From: Mustelus asterias
Taxonomy: Eukaryota
Length of the DNA stretch: 64,000 bases
Assembly: GCF_964213995.1 (NCBI RefSeq)
Contig: NW_027590154.1
Span: forward strand, 868,001-932,000
Direction: 5' to 3'
Shown: in pieces, positions 25,301 to 38,129 of the stretch
Position numbering within the stretch: position 1 is the stretch's first letter
How the letters are laid out: each line of letters begins with the position of its first letter
Notes under the pieces: model-generated
Seen by the model: only the letters and a program-made list of their open reading frames with translations
Told to the model about the DNA's origin: nothing
Databases searched by the model: none
Translations under genes and position numbers: made by a program

Positions 25301-25864
25301 TTGGATCAAACTAAACATTGTAATGTACCATTCCTCAGGACCTTTATCAGGGATCCTTCATTATTAGAACCGTTTGTCTGAAATTACTGTTTCTCACACA
25401 AACAGAGAGACATGCAATAATTCAACTTCACAAGTTTTGAATGAAAATCCAGTCTTTCCAATATGATTATTGATTCATTATCTATAACTTAATCAAGGTT
25501 CATCAATTGTACAATCATCTGTTTCATGACTGGTTACTCCCTTCAGAATTTGATTAATATATGTGGTTAATACAGAAAATAAAATGAGCACTTTCATCAC
25601 ATAGAGTAGGGATAGTTTCTAATGGAGCTGTTGCTGTTGGCCATATCCAGATTAAGGATTCTAACAACACCAGGTTAAAGTCCAACAGGTGTATTTGGTA
25701 GCAAACGCCACCAGCATATCCAGGACAGCACTATGGCAGATAACTAATTAAGTGCAGTTTATGAAGAAAAAATGATAATTGTATATCTGGATCATTGGAT
25801 GCAATTGCAAACGGATCAGAAAACAGAATTACCAAAATTGCACTTTAATGGTGGAGTGATTACC

Positions 25865-26230
25865 CATCATCCTCCGCGGGCCAGAAAGTGCTCTATCCTC
25901 ACTACAGGGAGAGACTGCGCAGGCGTGGGGGAAAAAATGTTGTGATTGGAGCACGCGCGGTCCGGGTGTCGGTCGGTTCGATCAACATCGGGTGAGAAGC
26001 GACTGGAGAGGAATGGGGCCGGGGAAGAAATGGAACCGTCTTGTGGGGCCGGGGGAGCGGGGAAACGCCTTAGTAAAACATGCTCATGCCTCAGAGCCCG
26101 AATCCCAAACTCCCGGGTCCCGCGGGAGGCGCCGCCGACACTTTTGTTCATCCCGGTTAACGGCCGCCATCTTTCCCGGGGCAATGGGCAGCAGGGCGCA
26201 TGCGCAGGGAGCCCAGTCCCTCTGGGGCTT
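25865..26230 (+). promoter_or_regulatory. CpG-rich promoter upstream of Z6
   Basis: High CpG; NRF1-like TGCGCAGGCG and GCGCATGCGCA (~26196); YY1-like GCCGCCATCT (26163); ATTGG box. Confidence 0.6.
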
Positions 26231-26273
26231 TGTTACCTTTTCTCCTTCATCCCTTTTCCCAGTCCCAGGTTGC

Positions 26274-26940
26274 AGGCTCCAGCTGGCAATGTGTGCATCC
26301 AGTGTGGAGGAGGCTCCAGCTGGCAATGTGTGCATCCAGTGCGGAGGAGGCTCCAGCTGGCAATGTGTGCATCCAGTGTGGAGGAGGCTCCAGCTGGCAA
26401 TGTGTGCATCCAGTGTGGAGGAGGCTCCAGCTGGCAATGTGTGCATCCAGTGTGGAGGAGGCTCCAGCTGGCAATGTGTGCATCCAGTGTGGAGGAGGCT
26501 CCAGCTGGCAATGTGTGCATCCAGTGTGGAGGAGGCTCCAGCTGGCAATGTGTGCATCCAGTGTGGAGGAGGCTCCAGCTGGCAATGTGTGCATCCAGTG
26601 TGGAGGAGGCTCCAGCTGGCAATGTGTGCATCCAGTGTGGAGGAGGCTCCAGCTGGCAATGTGTGCATCCAGTGTGGAGGAGGCTCCAGCTGGCAATGTG
26701 TGCATCCAGTGTGGAGGAGGCTCCAGCTGGCAATGTGTGCATCCAGTGTGGAGGAGGCTCCAGCTGGCAATGTGTGTATCCAGTGTGGAGGAGGCTCCAG
26801 TTGGCAATGTGTGCATCCAGTGTGGAGGAGGCATAGCTGGCAATGTGTGCATCCAGTGCGGAGGTGGCATAGCTGGCAAAGTGTGCATCCAGTGTGGAGG
26901 TGGCTCCAGTTGGCAATGATGTGCACCCAATGTGGACATA
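26274..26940. repeat. 37-bp minisatellite, about 18 copies (about 15 near-perfect)
   Basis: Unit AGGCTCCAGCTGGCAATGTGTGCATCCAGTGTGGAGG; 37-aa periodicity in all six ORFs. Confidence 0.95.
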
Positions 26941-27284
26941 GCGACAGCTGCCAGGGTCACTTTCACCTTGTGCCGGTCCCACCCATTCCCAGGTTCATTC
27001 AGCTCAATTTCACAACCTGCCTTTTTGTTTCTGTAGGTTCTCTCTCACTCCTTTTTTTCTGTTTGAAATCCTATTCACAGAGTATCGGAAGGGGAGGAGT
27101 TACAGTCTGGAAACAACCTCATCATCGCATCAAAGTCTGACAGCTGCTGAATGCATCCTAGCCTGAATATCGTCAGATTTTGAACACAGAACTGAAAAGC
27201 TCCATTCACAGTGGAGAGAAACTGTACATGTGTTCTGCGTGTGGACAAGGCTTCAGCCTGTCGAAACGTTAGTGCAGTCACTCC

Positions 27285-27638
27285 ATGGAGAAATCGTGGA
27301 AATGTGTGGACTGTGGGAAGGGATTCCGTTACCCATCCAAACTGGAAATCCATCGTCGTAGTCACACTGGGGAGAGGCCATTCTCCTGCTCTGAGTGTGA
27401 GAAGGGATTCGTTAGGTCCTCCCACTTGCTGACACACCAGCAAATTCACACTGGGAAGAGACCATTCACCTGCACCGAATGTGGGAAGGGACTCACTCAG
27501 TCATCCAAACTGCTATCACACCAGCGAGTTCACACTGGGGAGAGACCATTCACCTGCTCCGAATGTGGGAAAGGATTCACTGCTTCATCTTACCTGCTGA
27601 CACACCAGCATGTTCACACTGCAGTGGGGAGCAGCTGA
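27285..27638 (+). CDS. Short C2H2 zinc-finger ORF Z6, 4 fingers, 3'-truncated
   Basis: [10 protein letters not shown]...; the array breaks at HTAVGSS with no family tail. Confidence 0.7.
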   Translation: MEKSWKCVDCGKGFRYPSKLEIHRRSHTGERPFSCSECEKGFVRSSHLLTHQQIHTGKRPFTCTECGKGLTQSSKLLSHQRVHTGERPFTCSECGKGFTASSYLLTHQHVHTAVGSS

Positions 27639-27691
27639 AAGAGCGGGGCTGGGAGAGAAAGATTGAGAGAGAAAGAATCCAACCCCTGGAA

Positions 27692-28198
27692 TCACTTGTG
27701 AACTTGCTGGTGTCTCTGCAGGTTGGATGACCGATTGAATCCCTTCCCACACACAGAGCAGGTTAACGGTCTCTCCCCGGTGTGAACCCGCTGGTGTCCC
27801 CGCCATGTAGATGACCTCCTAAACCTCTTTGAGCAGTGAGAGCAGCTGAACGGTCTCTCGTCAGTGTGAATGGGTTGGTGGATCATCAGTTCCCGAGAGC
27901 TTTTGAAGCCACTCCCACAGTCAGAGCATTTAAAGGGTCTGTCTTGGGTGTGAGTGACCTTGTGGCTCAACAGGTTGGGCAACTGAGTGAATCCTTTCCC
28001 ACACACAGAGCAGGTGAACGGTCTCTCTCCAGTGTGACTGCGCTGGTGTGTTTGTAAATGGGATAACTGAGTGAATCCCTTCCCACACACACAGCAGGTG
28101 AATGGTCTCTCTCCAGTGTGACTGCGCCGATGAGTTTCCAGTGCAGATGGGAACCTGCACCCTCTCCCACAGTCCCCACATTTACACAATTTCTCCAT
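27692..28198 (-). CDS. C2H2 zinc-finger protein Z7, 6 fingers
   Basis: MEKLCKCGDC... to HQQVHK*; ATG at 28198; family 5' module at ~28200-28980. Confidence 0.8.
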   Translation of the reverse strand: MEKLCKCGDCGRGCRFPSALETHRRSHTGERPFTCCVCGKGFTQLSHLQTHQRSHTGERPFTCSVCGKGFTQLPNLLSHKVTHTQDRPFKCSDCGSGFKSSRELMIHQPIHTDERPFSCSHCSKRFRRSSTWRGHQRVHTGERPLTCSVCGKGFNRSSNLQRHQQVHK

Positions 28199-28984
28199 GG
28201 TGCGGGTGTCCTTGTGACTCTCCAGGCTTGACAATCAGTTCAGTTACAACATAACATGGGTGCAGTCTCTCTGCTGCAATGTATTTTCAGGCTGTTTAAC
28301 TGGTTAAAGTTCTTTCCACAGTCACTCAGGTGTGTGCATGTTTCAGTGTGTGTGTGTCTCGGTGCTTTTCCAGTCACACTGTTTAAAATCTCCTGAAGCA
28401 GACAGAGCAGAGAAACATTTCCATTCTAGATTCAAAGGTTGATGATATTCAGGTCCCAATGAACTGAGTGACTATGTTAGATTTTGATGTAAAGTTTGGT
28501 TTGATATTCGTATTTAAATCTTCACCTTCTGATATCCTGCAAAAGGAATTTACAAAAGTCATCACTGTCAGCACAGGATAGAAATTCAGAACAGACAATT
28601 CCAGTTTCTATGGAACATTCGTTCCTCTCTCACTCCCCAAAGCTGTGAATCTCCATCCCACACACTCTCCCTCCATTCTTACTCTGCTGTATCTAATATT
28701 CACCCTCCCAATTCTCCTGAAGGTGCTGATTGAGGCTGATTGACAGATCCACGCTCACTGCTTCCTGTCCTGGACACAGAGAGCTGGAAATCTCCATGCA
28801 GGCTGCCAGACAGATAAATGTCTACATTACTGGAGTAAAAATGTGTGGAATGTACAGACCGGATTCACTTCCTTTCCCTTCAGTTGCTGCAAGTCCCCAA
28901 TTTCCCCCAGAATGAGAAAAGAAATGGAAAGAGGGAAACATTGATTTCCTCCCAGATGTTGTCCAGAGGAGGGAGTTTCACTCT

Positions 28985-29075
28985 GAAGCTCATTGGACAA
29001 CTTCCGCATTGTGACGTCACAATGGAGTCCTGCCTGAATCAGCCAATAGGAATCAGTCTCTTCCGCGATGACTAG
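28985..29075. promoter_or_regulatory. Promoter between divergent Z7 and Z8, with CRE palindrome and CCAAT boxes
   Basis: Perfect 18-bp palindrome CATTGTGACGTCACAATG at 29007-29024, flanked by ATTGG, CCAAT and CTTCCG. Confidence 0.55.
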
Positions 29076-29412
29076 TTCTGGAAGTTCTGGAAGACGAGAG
29101 TGTGGCTCATGTTGTTCCGCTGTTTAAGAAAGGCTGCAAAGAGAAGCCTGGTAATTACAGGCCGGTGAACCTGACAACAGTGGCGGGTAAGTTACTGGAG
29201 AGGATTCTGGCCAACCTTTGGATAATCAAGGTCCGGTTAGGGAGAGTTGTCAGAGATCCTGGGTACCAGCAACTTTAGGCACTCTGAGTCGACTTGAGTA
29301 CAAACAGCACAGGACACCACACATAATCCAATGTGGGGCCTTTAATGACTTGTGCACAAGGAGAAACCCTGTGCAGCTGTCCCGCAAGTGGTTCTGATGT
29401 TACAGAAAAATA

Positions 29413-29591
29413 ACCCAGGTCATCCTCTGATCGGGGGGGCTGGTGGGAGGAGGGGGCGGGACCCAGGTCATCCTCTGATCGGGGGGGGGGGGGGGGGGAG
29501 TGGTGGGAGGAGGGGGCGGGACCCAGGTCATCCTCTGATGGGGGGGGGGGGAGTGGTGGGAGGAGGCGGCGGGACCCAGGTCATCCTCTGA
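29413..29591. repeat. G-rich tandem repeat (48-60 bp, about 3.3 copies)
   Basis: ACCCAGGTCATCCTCTGA occurs four times, separated by poly-G/GGGAGGAGGGGGCGGG. Confidence 0.85.
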
Positions 29592-30587
29592 CGTGCTATG
29601 TTAACAAAATCAACAGTTACTAACCGAAATATAAAGCATCATGTGGTTTAGCTGACTTGACCACATTCCTACAGTTATTCAGTCATTAAAGACACAGTCA
29701 TGGAGCACTAAACTTGCCTCGCAGGGCCCCTTGTATCAACACACAGGCAGCTGCTTTGCGAGACTGCGAACAGCACAGACAAGTCAGAGATAAGAGTGTC
29801 TTGAGAAGAGAGATTCATTGTGAAGGCTCAGGGATGGTTGATAAGATGTTAGAATTCTATGATTCTAAAGAACATTCGTTCCTCTCTCGTTCCCCAAGAG
29901 CTGTGAATCTCCATCCCACACACTCTCCCTCCATTCTCACTCTGCTGTATCTAATATTCACCCTCCCAATTCTCCTGAAGGTGCTGATTGAGGCTGATTG
30001 ACAGATCCATGCTCACTGCTTCCTGTCCACCACACACAAATCATAAGAAACAGGAGCTGCAGTTGGCCATTCAGCCCATTGAACTGCCTCAACCATTCAT
30101 TGAGAATTGGCTGATCTACCGCAGCATCATTTCCCACGCTATCCCCCAGATAGAGAGAGAATAGAGCCAATGTTTCGAGTCTGGAGAGAGGAAAGAATGT
30201 TCCATAGAAACTAGAATTGTGTGTTCTGAATTTCTATCCTGCACTGACACTGATGATCTCTGTAAACTTGTTTTACAGGATACTGAAAGAGGAATCACAG
30301 GCTGAAATCTCAAACATCACATCTAGATCTGACAGAGTCACATTCTTTGGGACCTGAAATATCATCGGCCTTTGAATCCAAGAGAAATGGTTGTCCGGTC
30401 TGATGACTTGAAAATATTTCAAATATTAGTGTGACTGGAAAAGCGCCAACACACTGCCAGATGGGAGTGAGAGTGTTCCAGTGCACTGAGCTTGAACCAG
30501 TTACACAGCCTGAATAAATATCACACCATTCACAGCAGGGGTGTGGACGAGTCTTCAACTGAATAGAGAGGCAAGGACACCTGCACC

Positions 30588-31178
30588 ATGGAGAAACCAT
30601 GGAAATGTGCAGACTGTGGGAAGAGATACAAATACCCATCTGAACTGGAAGCTCATCGGCGCAGCCACTCGGGGGAGAGACCATTCACCTGCTCTCAGTG
30701 TGGGAAGGGATTCACTCAGTTATCCAGCCTGCAGACACACCAGCGAGTTCACACTTGGGAGAGACTGTTCACCTGCTCTCAGTGTGGGAAGGGATTCACT
30801 CAGTCATCCAGCCTGCAGAGACACCAGCGAGTTCACACTGGGGAGAGGCCGTTCACCTGCTCTCAGTGTGGAAAGGGATTCACTCAGTCATCTAGCCTGC
30901 AGACACACCAGCGAGTTCATACTGGGGAGAGGCCGTTCACCTGCTCTCAGTGTGGGAAGGGATTCACTCGGTTATCCAGCCTGCAGACACACCAGCGAGT
31001 TCACACTGGGGAGAGGCCGTTCACCTGCTCTCAGTGTGGGGTGGGATTCACTCGGTTATCCAGCCTGCAGACACACCAGCGAGTTCATACTGGGGAGAGG
31101 CCGTTCACCTGCTCTCAGTGTGAGAAGAGATTCAGTCTTTCATCCCAGCTGCTGAGACACCAACAAGTTCACGAGTGA
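30588..31178 (+). CDS. C2H2 zinc-finger protein Z8, 7 fingers, nearly homogeneous 84-bp array
   Basis: Complete 196-aa ORF; repeated CSQCGKGFT(Q/R)(S/L)[17 protein letters not shown]. Confidence 0.88.
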   Translation: MEKPWKCADCGKRYKYPSELEAHRRSHSGERPFTCSQCGKGFTQLSSLQTHQRVHTWERLFTCSQCGKGFTQSSSLQRHQRVHTGERPFTCSQCGKGFTQSSSLQTHQRVHTGERPFTCSQCGKGFTRLSSLQTHQRVHTGERPFTCSQCGVGFTRLSSLQTHQRVHTGERPFTCSQCEKRFSLSSQLLRHQQVHE

Positions 31179-33650
31179 TGACAGAGGTTGGATTCTGCTG
31201 TTATTGTTTCTGCTCTCAATTACATCCAGGACTGCATTTTGTTCATCCTCACAGTTGGTCAATGGGGAAGGTCAGAGGGTTTCTTTCTGCTGGACTGGCC
31301 GGTCTCACAACTTTGCCTCCAGTGGGGTGATGCTCTTTGAGTCTTGTTGTGAATACCTGGTTTCAAATTTCACACGGATCACAGAGTGACCGGGTGTGAG
31401 GAAGTTCAGAGATATTTAGTCAGCATTTCTGTTTGAAACCTCCCAAATGCCCATCCAATTTCCTTTGTAATTGTTTATTGTCTCCACTTCCTCCTCCCTC
31501 GTAGGCAGTGAGTTCCAGGTCATTACCATTCGCTGCATCAAAATATTCTTCCTCACATCCCCCCTTTCCTCTCTGACCCAAAACCATAAATCTGTGACCC
31601 CCCATCCTTGTCCCGTCAGCTAATGGGAACAGCTTTTCTTAGTCCACCTTATCTAAACCTGTCAGAATCTTGTCCACCTCTATCAAATCTCCCCTCAACC
31701 TCCTTTGCTCCAAGAGGAACAACCCCAGCCTGACATCAACAATAAAGAACAAACTAACAGAATATGTTAATACCTGAAATCAAATGGGAATGTTTAAATT
31801 CTGTTTTAAAGATATTGTGAATATATTGTCCTGGACAATAAAGGAATTGGAATAACTCACCTTGGGTGTGGTTGAATGGAATATATCAATCTGGTATCCA
31901 CCTACATTCTCCCTCCCTAACAGCACTGTGGGTGTACTTACACCTGAGGCATTGTAGCAGTTCAGGAAGGCAGTGTTGGGGTTGACCATGGCCGAGGCAG
32001 CTACATACAGCCACATATTCTGTTATAATTGAAGGACAGCAGATTGAATGTGAGGCATTATGGGACTGGACCATCTTGACCACATTCCTGTGACTGCTCA
32101 GTTTCTGCAATCACGGACCATTAAAGCTGCTTAGCAGGGTCCTGACAGAGGACCTGGTGAGAATATTTATTCACAATGAATTAGAATTAAACTTATTCCA
32201 GGACCGGCTGGTGTTCAGCAGCTGAGATTCCCGAATCTGTAAAAAGAGGGTCCGACAAATCAACAAACAGTGGTCGGTAGTTAGCTAAGAAGTTAAAAAG
32301 CATTCTGAACCATTACTTAACCTATCGTCAATTTGTGATAAGAACTGTGAGGGACTTGTGACCCGATATTTGGTGACGTGATGGTCAACTCCCAAGTAAC
32401 ACTGGATTAAAAAGCAGATCTCTGAGAGTAGATTCTAATAGTTATAATCCTATCCAAGCATGGCCAGTGAAAAATCAGAGCTCGAGGACAGACAGGTCTC
32501 TTACCTGCCATTTGGAAACTAAGAACAAGGAGCTTATAGGCAAAATGATTAGAGAATAGAGCCAACGTTTCGATTCTGGGTGACACTTTGTAAGAAGCTC
32601 GTCCAGACACAAAACATTGGCTCTATTCTCTCTCCAAAGATGCTGCCAGATCTGCTGAGATCTTCCAGCATTTTCTGTTTTTGTTTCAGATTCCAGCATC
32701 CGCAGTATTTTACTTCTATGATCATTTGATTCGGTCTGATTGGAATCCCCACGACCCTCCCGCAAAACAGAGGGAGCAGTGGCAAAAGGAGAAAAAGGAT
32801 AAGGATGATAAAGTCTGTGTTCTGATTCTCCGAGCCCATGTAGAATTAACAAAATGAGTGAACCAGTTTATAAAGAATAGAAGTTACCCATCCCTAACAA
32901 AAACTGATCAAATTAAAATTATTCGGTTGATGAATATAGCAAAAAAAATTAATGGGTGAAGTTTAAAATCAAGTTTGTTTTGTTGTTAGGGAAGTTTTTT
33001 AAACTTGTGTAAAGTGATGTAATTGTGGGCCAAGTTTTTTCTGCTCACTCCCCACCCCTTTAGGTTCTGCAGAAAAGTTAACCCTTTCAGCAGACAGTTC
33101 ATTTGTTTTTAAATCGCCCGAAAACTCGTGTCTATTTTAGTTTATAATTGAAGATTTATGGGAATTGGCTAAGATGGGCTTTTGACATTTTTAAAGTATG
33201 AAAAAGTGATCTTGAGAAGCCAACGTCGTAGAAAGAGGTGGAGAGAGATATGTTTACAGAGAGATGTGGAGAGCTGTTGGTTTTACAAGTTATCCACGTT
33301 TTTGGAGCCGTCACTTCATGTCCTGGTCTGAGAGGGATGAAGAGAAGTCTGTTCAATTGTTAAAGTTAAGGTTTCTGTAATAACTGTTAATCGACACTTT
33401 GCTTTTCATCTCTCTGACTTGTTACATTTTTAATGGTTAACAAACTTTCTGATTTCACCATTTGAAGCTTTCTTTCTTGCCATATGGTTAAGTCGCTGGA
33501 ACCTGGTGTGATTTACAAATAGGGAGGTTATTGCAAACCAGAGAACCCCCATAAATCTTCATTCAAATAAATCAAAGTTCTTACAAATGGAATGCTATCC
33601 TTTATTATGAGAGAAATTGAACATGGAAGTAAAGATATTATGCTTCAGTT

Positions 33651-34354
33651 TCAGTAAGAAGTGTCACAACACCAGGTTGAAGTCCAACAGGTTTATTTGG
33701 TAGCACAAGCCACCAGCTTTCGGAGCGCTGCTCCTTCATCAGGTGAGTGGGAGTTCTGTTCACAAACAGGGCAAAAAAAACACAAACTGCTGAAGTGTTC
33801 CCCAACAGGAAGAGAACACTCTTGCCTGGTGTGAACACTTGGGGAACACTTCAGCGGTCACGGGCATTCAGCCTCTGATCTTCGGTTAAGCGTTCTCCAA
33901 GGCGGCCTTCGTGACACACGACAACGCAGAGTCGCTGAGCAGAGACTGATAGCCAAGTTCCACACACATGAGGACGGCCTCAACTGGGATCTTGGGTTCA
34001 TGTCACACTATCGGTAACCCCCATGACTTGCCTGGGCTTGCAAAATCTCACTAACTGTCCTGGCTGGAAACAATACACATCTCTTTAACCTGTGCTTAAC
34101 CCTCTCTCCACTCACATTGTCTGTACCTTTAAGACTTGATTACCTGTCAAGATTCGCATTCCAACCATTATTTTGTAAATTGAGTTGTGTCTTTATATGC
34201 CCTGTTTGTGAACTGAAATCCCACTCACCTGATGAAGGGGCAGCGCTCCGAAAGCTAGTGTCTTGTGCTACCAAATACACCTGTTGGACTTTAACCTGGT
34301 GTTGTGAGACTTCTTACTGTGTTTACCCCAGTCCAACGCCGGCATCTCCACATC
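33651..34354. mobile_element. Penelope-like element with inverted partial pLTR and 11-bp flanking duplication
   Basis: Inverted pLTR ~33652-33772; GIY-YIG C-terminus GGLRDTRQRRVAEQRLIAKFHTHEDGLN; pLTR; ATGCTTCAGTT at 33640-33650 and 34355-34365. Confidence 0.85.
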
Positions 34355-34849
34355 ATGCTTCAGTTATACAGGGCGTTGCTGAGACTGCATCTTGAACACT
34401 GGGTGCAGCTTTGTCTCCTATTTAAGAAATGATACAAATGCATTGAACGTGGTTCAGAGGAGGTTTAATAGATTGCTTCCCAATTCTTGACCCTCAGTGT
34501 AAAATTTGTCTGATTTTCTTTGTCTTCAGCTCTGACAAAGAGTCATCCTGACTCCAAATGTTGCCTCCATTCTCTCTCTCCAGATGCTGTCAGACTTGCT
34601 GAGATTGTCCAGCATTTTCTGTTTCAGATTCCAGCAACAGCAGAAATTTGCCTTCATACCAATTCTTGTTGGATAAGAGAATCAAGAATATCGGGTCTAG
34701 AACGAGAATGTGGAACTCAACACAAACAGATCAGCCATGATCTAAATAACTGGTGCAGCCAACTCAAAGGGCCAAATGACTGACTTCTGCTCCGATGTCG
34801 AATGTTGGTCACAAATTCCTGAGAATTGTGAAACAAGGCTGGAAGACTT

Positions 34850-35240
34850 CTGCTGAGCAGAAACTGATAGCCAAGTTCCGCACACATGAGGACGGCCTCA
34901 ACCGGGATCTTGGGTTCATGTCACACTATCGGTAACCCCCCACAGCTTGCCTGGGCCTACAGAATCTCACTGGCTGTCCTGTCTGGAGACAATACACATT
35001 TCTTTAACCTGTGCTTAATGCTCTCTCCACTCACATTGTCTGTATCTTTACGGCTTGATTACCTGTCAAGATTCGCATTCTAATCAGTATTCCGTAACTT
35101 GAGTTTGTGTCTCTGTGCACTGTTTGAGAGCAGATATCCACTCCATTTGACGAAGGAGCAGCGCTCCGAAAGCTAATGGCATTTGCTACAAATAAACCTG
35201 TTAGACTTTAACCTGGTGTTATTAAAACTCTTACTCTGTT
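34850..35240 (+). mobile_element. Penelope-like 3' fragment, diverged subfamily
   Basis: AEQKLIAKFRTHEDGLNRDLGFMSHY plus pLTR with a hammerhead variant at 35143-35179. Confidence 0.8.
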
Positions 35241-35619
35241 CTTTCCCCACAGCGCTGCAAATTCTTCCCTTTCAAATCTTTACCCTTTGGAAAGATTCTA
35301 TTGAATCTGCTTTCAGGCAGATCAGAACAACTCGCTGTGTCAAACAATAAAATAAAATCTCATCTCCCCCTCTGGCTCCTTTGCCAATTACCTTAGAGGG
35401 ACTCACTTTCTGTTAAAGAGCCTGCCAACCCCTCTCACCCACTTTCCCCAAAGTGCATCAATCTCATCAGGAAAAGTCCAGAACAATCAAATATTTTTAT
35501 TGATAAAAGTTTATTAATGAAACAGAACATGGTTAAAAACAAACAGAAAATGACTTGAGGATCAAAGACAACCAGAGTAAAAGGATGTTCACAATGTTCT
35601 GGACCCAAATGGTTTCCCT

Positions 35620-36275
35620 TTAATTCATCTGCAGCCTGTTCCCTGCCCTCTTTGTGGAACAACTCCGCTCAGTCCACAAGCATGACCCTAACCTTCCGCT
35701 CGCTTGCCATTAGAATTCACCACCTTGCTCTCATGCTCACAGTTCTGTCCTCGGCCTGCTGCAATGTTCTGGAGAAGCCCAACACAAGCTGGGCAAACAG
35801 CCCCTCATCTTCCAATGAGGCACTTTACAGACTTCTGGATTCAACATTGAGTTCAACAACTTCACACCCTGAACTCTCTCCTCCATTTTGATTTGTTTGT
35901 TTTTGCCGAGTGTCAGTCTGCATCTTGTTTTCATGTTTATTTGCACCCAGACAGAGCTGTCCTTTATTCTGCCATTAACACTTACTCTGGACCAATGCTT
36001 TGTTTCTTTACCACAACCATTACCTCTCCCTTTGCGTTTTGTTCCAGGACATTTTTGTCATTTAATCTCACCCGCCTTCGAACCAATCCCCGACTTTCCC
36101 TTTTGTTCTACCTGACCCTCCCCCCTTTCTCACCAGCATCAAACCCATCACATTTCTCCCTCTCTTTAGTTCTGAAGTAGAGTTACATTGGATGTGAAAC
36201 ATTAACTCTGTTTCTCTCTCCACAGATGCTGCCAGACCTGCTGTGTTTTTCCAGTCCTTTCTGTATTTATTTTTG
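35620..36275 (+). mobile_element. Second Penelope-like family: decayed GIY-YIG C-terminus plus pLTR
   Basis: Decayed EAQ.KL..Q.LIF..GTLQ.SGFNIEFNNF at ~35770-35865; pLTR tail CACAGATGCTGCCAGACCTGCTG also seen near 18450, 23490, 32640, 34580 and 61820. Confidence 0.6.
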
Positions 36276-36527
36276 ATCTACCTGTAGTGGTAGGAAAAAC
36301 ACTATTTACTATCCAGGATAAAATAAATGTCCTTCATCAGCTTTTGTGGATCATTTCAGTGGAAATGTGCTCTCCCAGGCTCAAAGAGCATCAGCCCCCT
36401 GGAAGCAAAGTTGTGAGACTGGCCAGTCCAGCAGAAAGAAACCCTCCAACCCTCACACTTCACCAACCATGAGGATGAACAAGGTTCATTCCTGGATATG
36501 ATTAACAGCAGAATCCAAGTCCTTTCA

Positions 36528-37035
<508 letters not shown>

Positions 37036-37479
37036 GGTGCAGGTGTCCCTGTAACTCTCCAGTTGAAGCCTCTTAAACACACAGAACACGGTAACAGCCT
37101 CTCCCTGCTGTGAATGCTGTGATGTATTTTCAGGCTGTGTAACTGGTTAAAGCTCTTTCCACAGACAGTGCACTAGAATGCTCTCAGTTGAGCCTGTGTG
37201 TATCTTGTGATTTTCCAGTCACACTGATGTTTAAAACCTTCAGAAACAGACAGAAATGAGAAATATTTTTCCTTCTTGATTCAAAGGCCGATGATTTTCA
37301 GGTCACGATGATGTTAGATCTTGATGTGATGTTTGGTTAGAGATTTCTGGCAGTATATCCTTACTTTCTGATATCCTGTAAAACGAATTTACAAAATTCA
37401 TCAATGTCGGTACGGGACAGAAATTCCGAACAGATAATTCTAGTTTCTATGGAAAATTCTTTCCTCTCTCATTCGACAC

Positions 37480-37779
37480 AGGGCAGCACAGTGGTTAGCA
37501 CAGCTGCCTCACAGCATCAGGGACCCAGGTTCAATTCTGGCCTTGGGTCACTGTCTGTGTGGAGTCTGCACGTTCTCCCTGTGTCTGCGTGGGTTTCCTC
37601 TGGGTGCTCCGGTTTTCTCCCACAGTCTGAAACACGTGCTGGTTGGGTGCATTGGCCATGCTAAATTCTCCCTCAGTGTAACCCGAACGGGCGCCGGAGT
37701 GTGACGAAGAGGGAATTTTCACAGAACTTCATTGCAGTATTAATGTAAGTCTACTTCGACACTAATAAACTAAACTGAA
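37480..37779 (+). mobile_element. HE1/V-SINE-like SINE
   Basis: tRNA-like head plus V-domain GGAGTCTGCACGTTCTCCCTGTGTCTGCGTGGGTTTCCTC; splits the ZNF 5' module. Confidence 0.8.
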
Positions 37780-38129
37780 CATTTCCAAAAACCTGTGAAT
37801 CTCCATCCCACACACAGTCCCTCCATTCTCACTCTGCTGTATTTAATATTCACCCTCCCAATTCTCCTGAAGGGGTTGATTGACAGATCCATGCTCACTG
37901 CTGCCTCTCCTGGTCACAGAGACCTGGAAATCTCCAAGCTGACAGTCACATTAAAGCAGACTGATGCTGTGTGTAATGCACTGTATTACCTGGTTACAGA
38001 CACATGAAGAATGTGAGGAGGATTTTTATTTAGGCAGCGAATGGTGACCTGGAAGTTAAAAATTCAACTCCAGAATGAGAAAAGAAATGGAAAGGGGGAG
38101 AAAAGGAAGTGTTTTACTCCCAGATGTTG

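Noticed and set aside
26274-26940. CRISPR array or real Cys-rich protein gene
   Set aside because: Units are contiguous with no unique spacers, the context is eukaryotic, and the six-frame ORFs follow from a stop-free repeat unit.
30541-31155. Alternative-frame ORFs over ZNF arrays (…[10 protein letters not shown]…, MWEGIHSVI…)
   Set aside because: Expected shadow frames of C2H2 repeats, with no independent support.
32021-34370. Second solo LTR (TGTTATAA...TTATACA)
   Set aside because: The ends are suggestive but there is no matching target-site duplication and the boundaries are uncertain.
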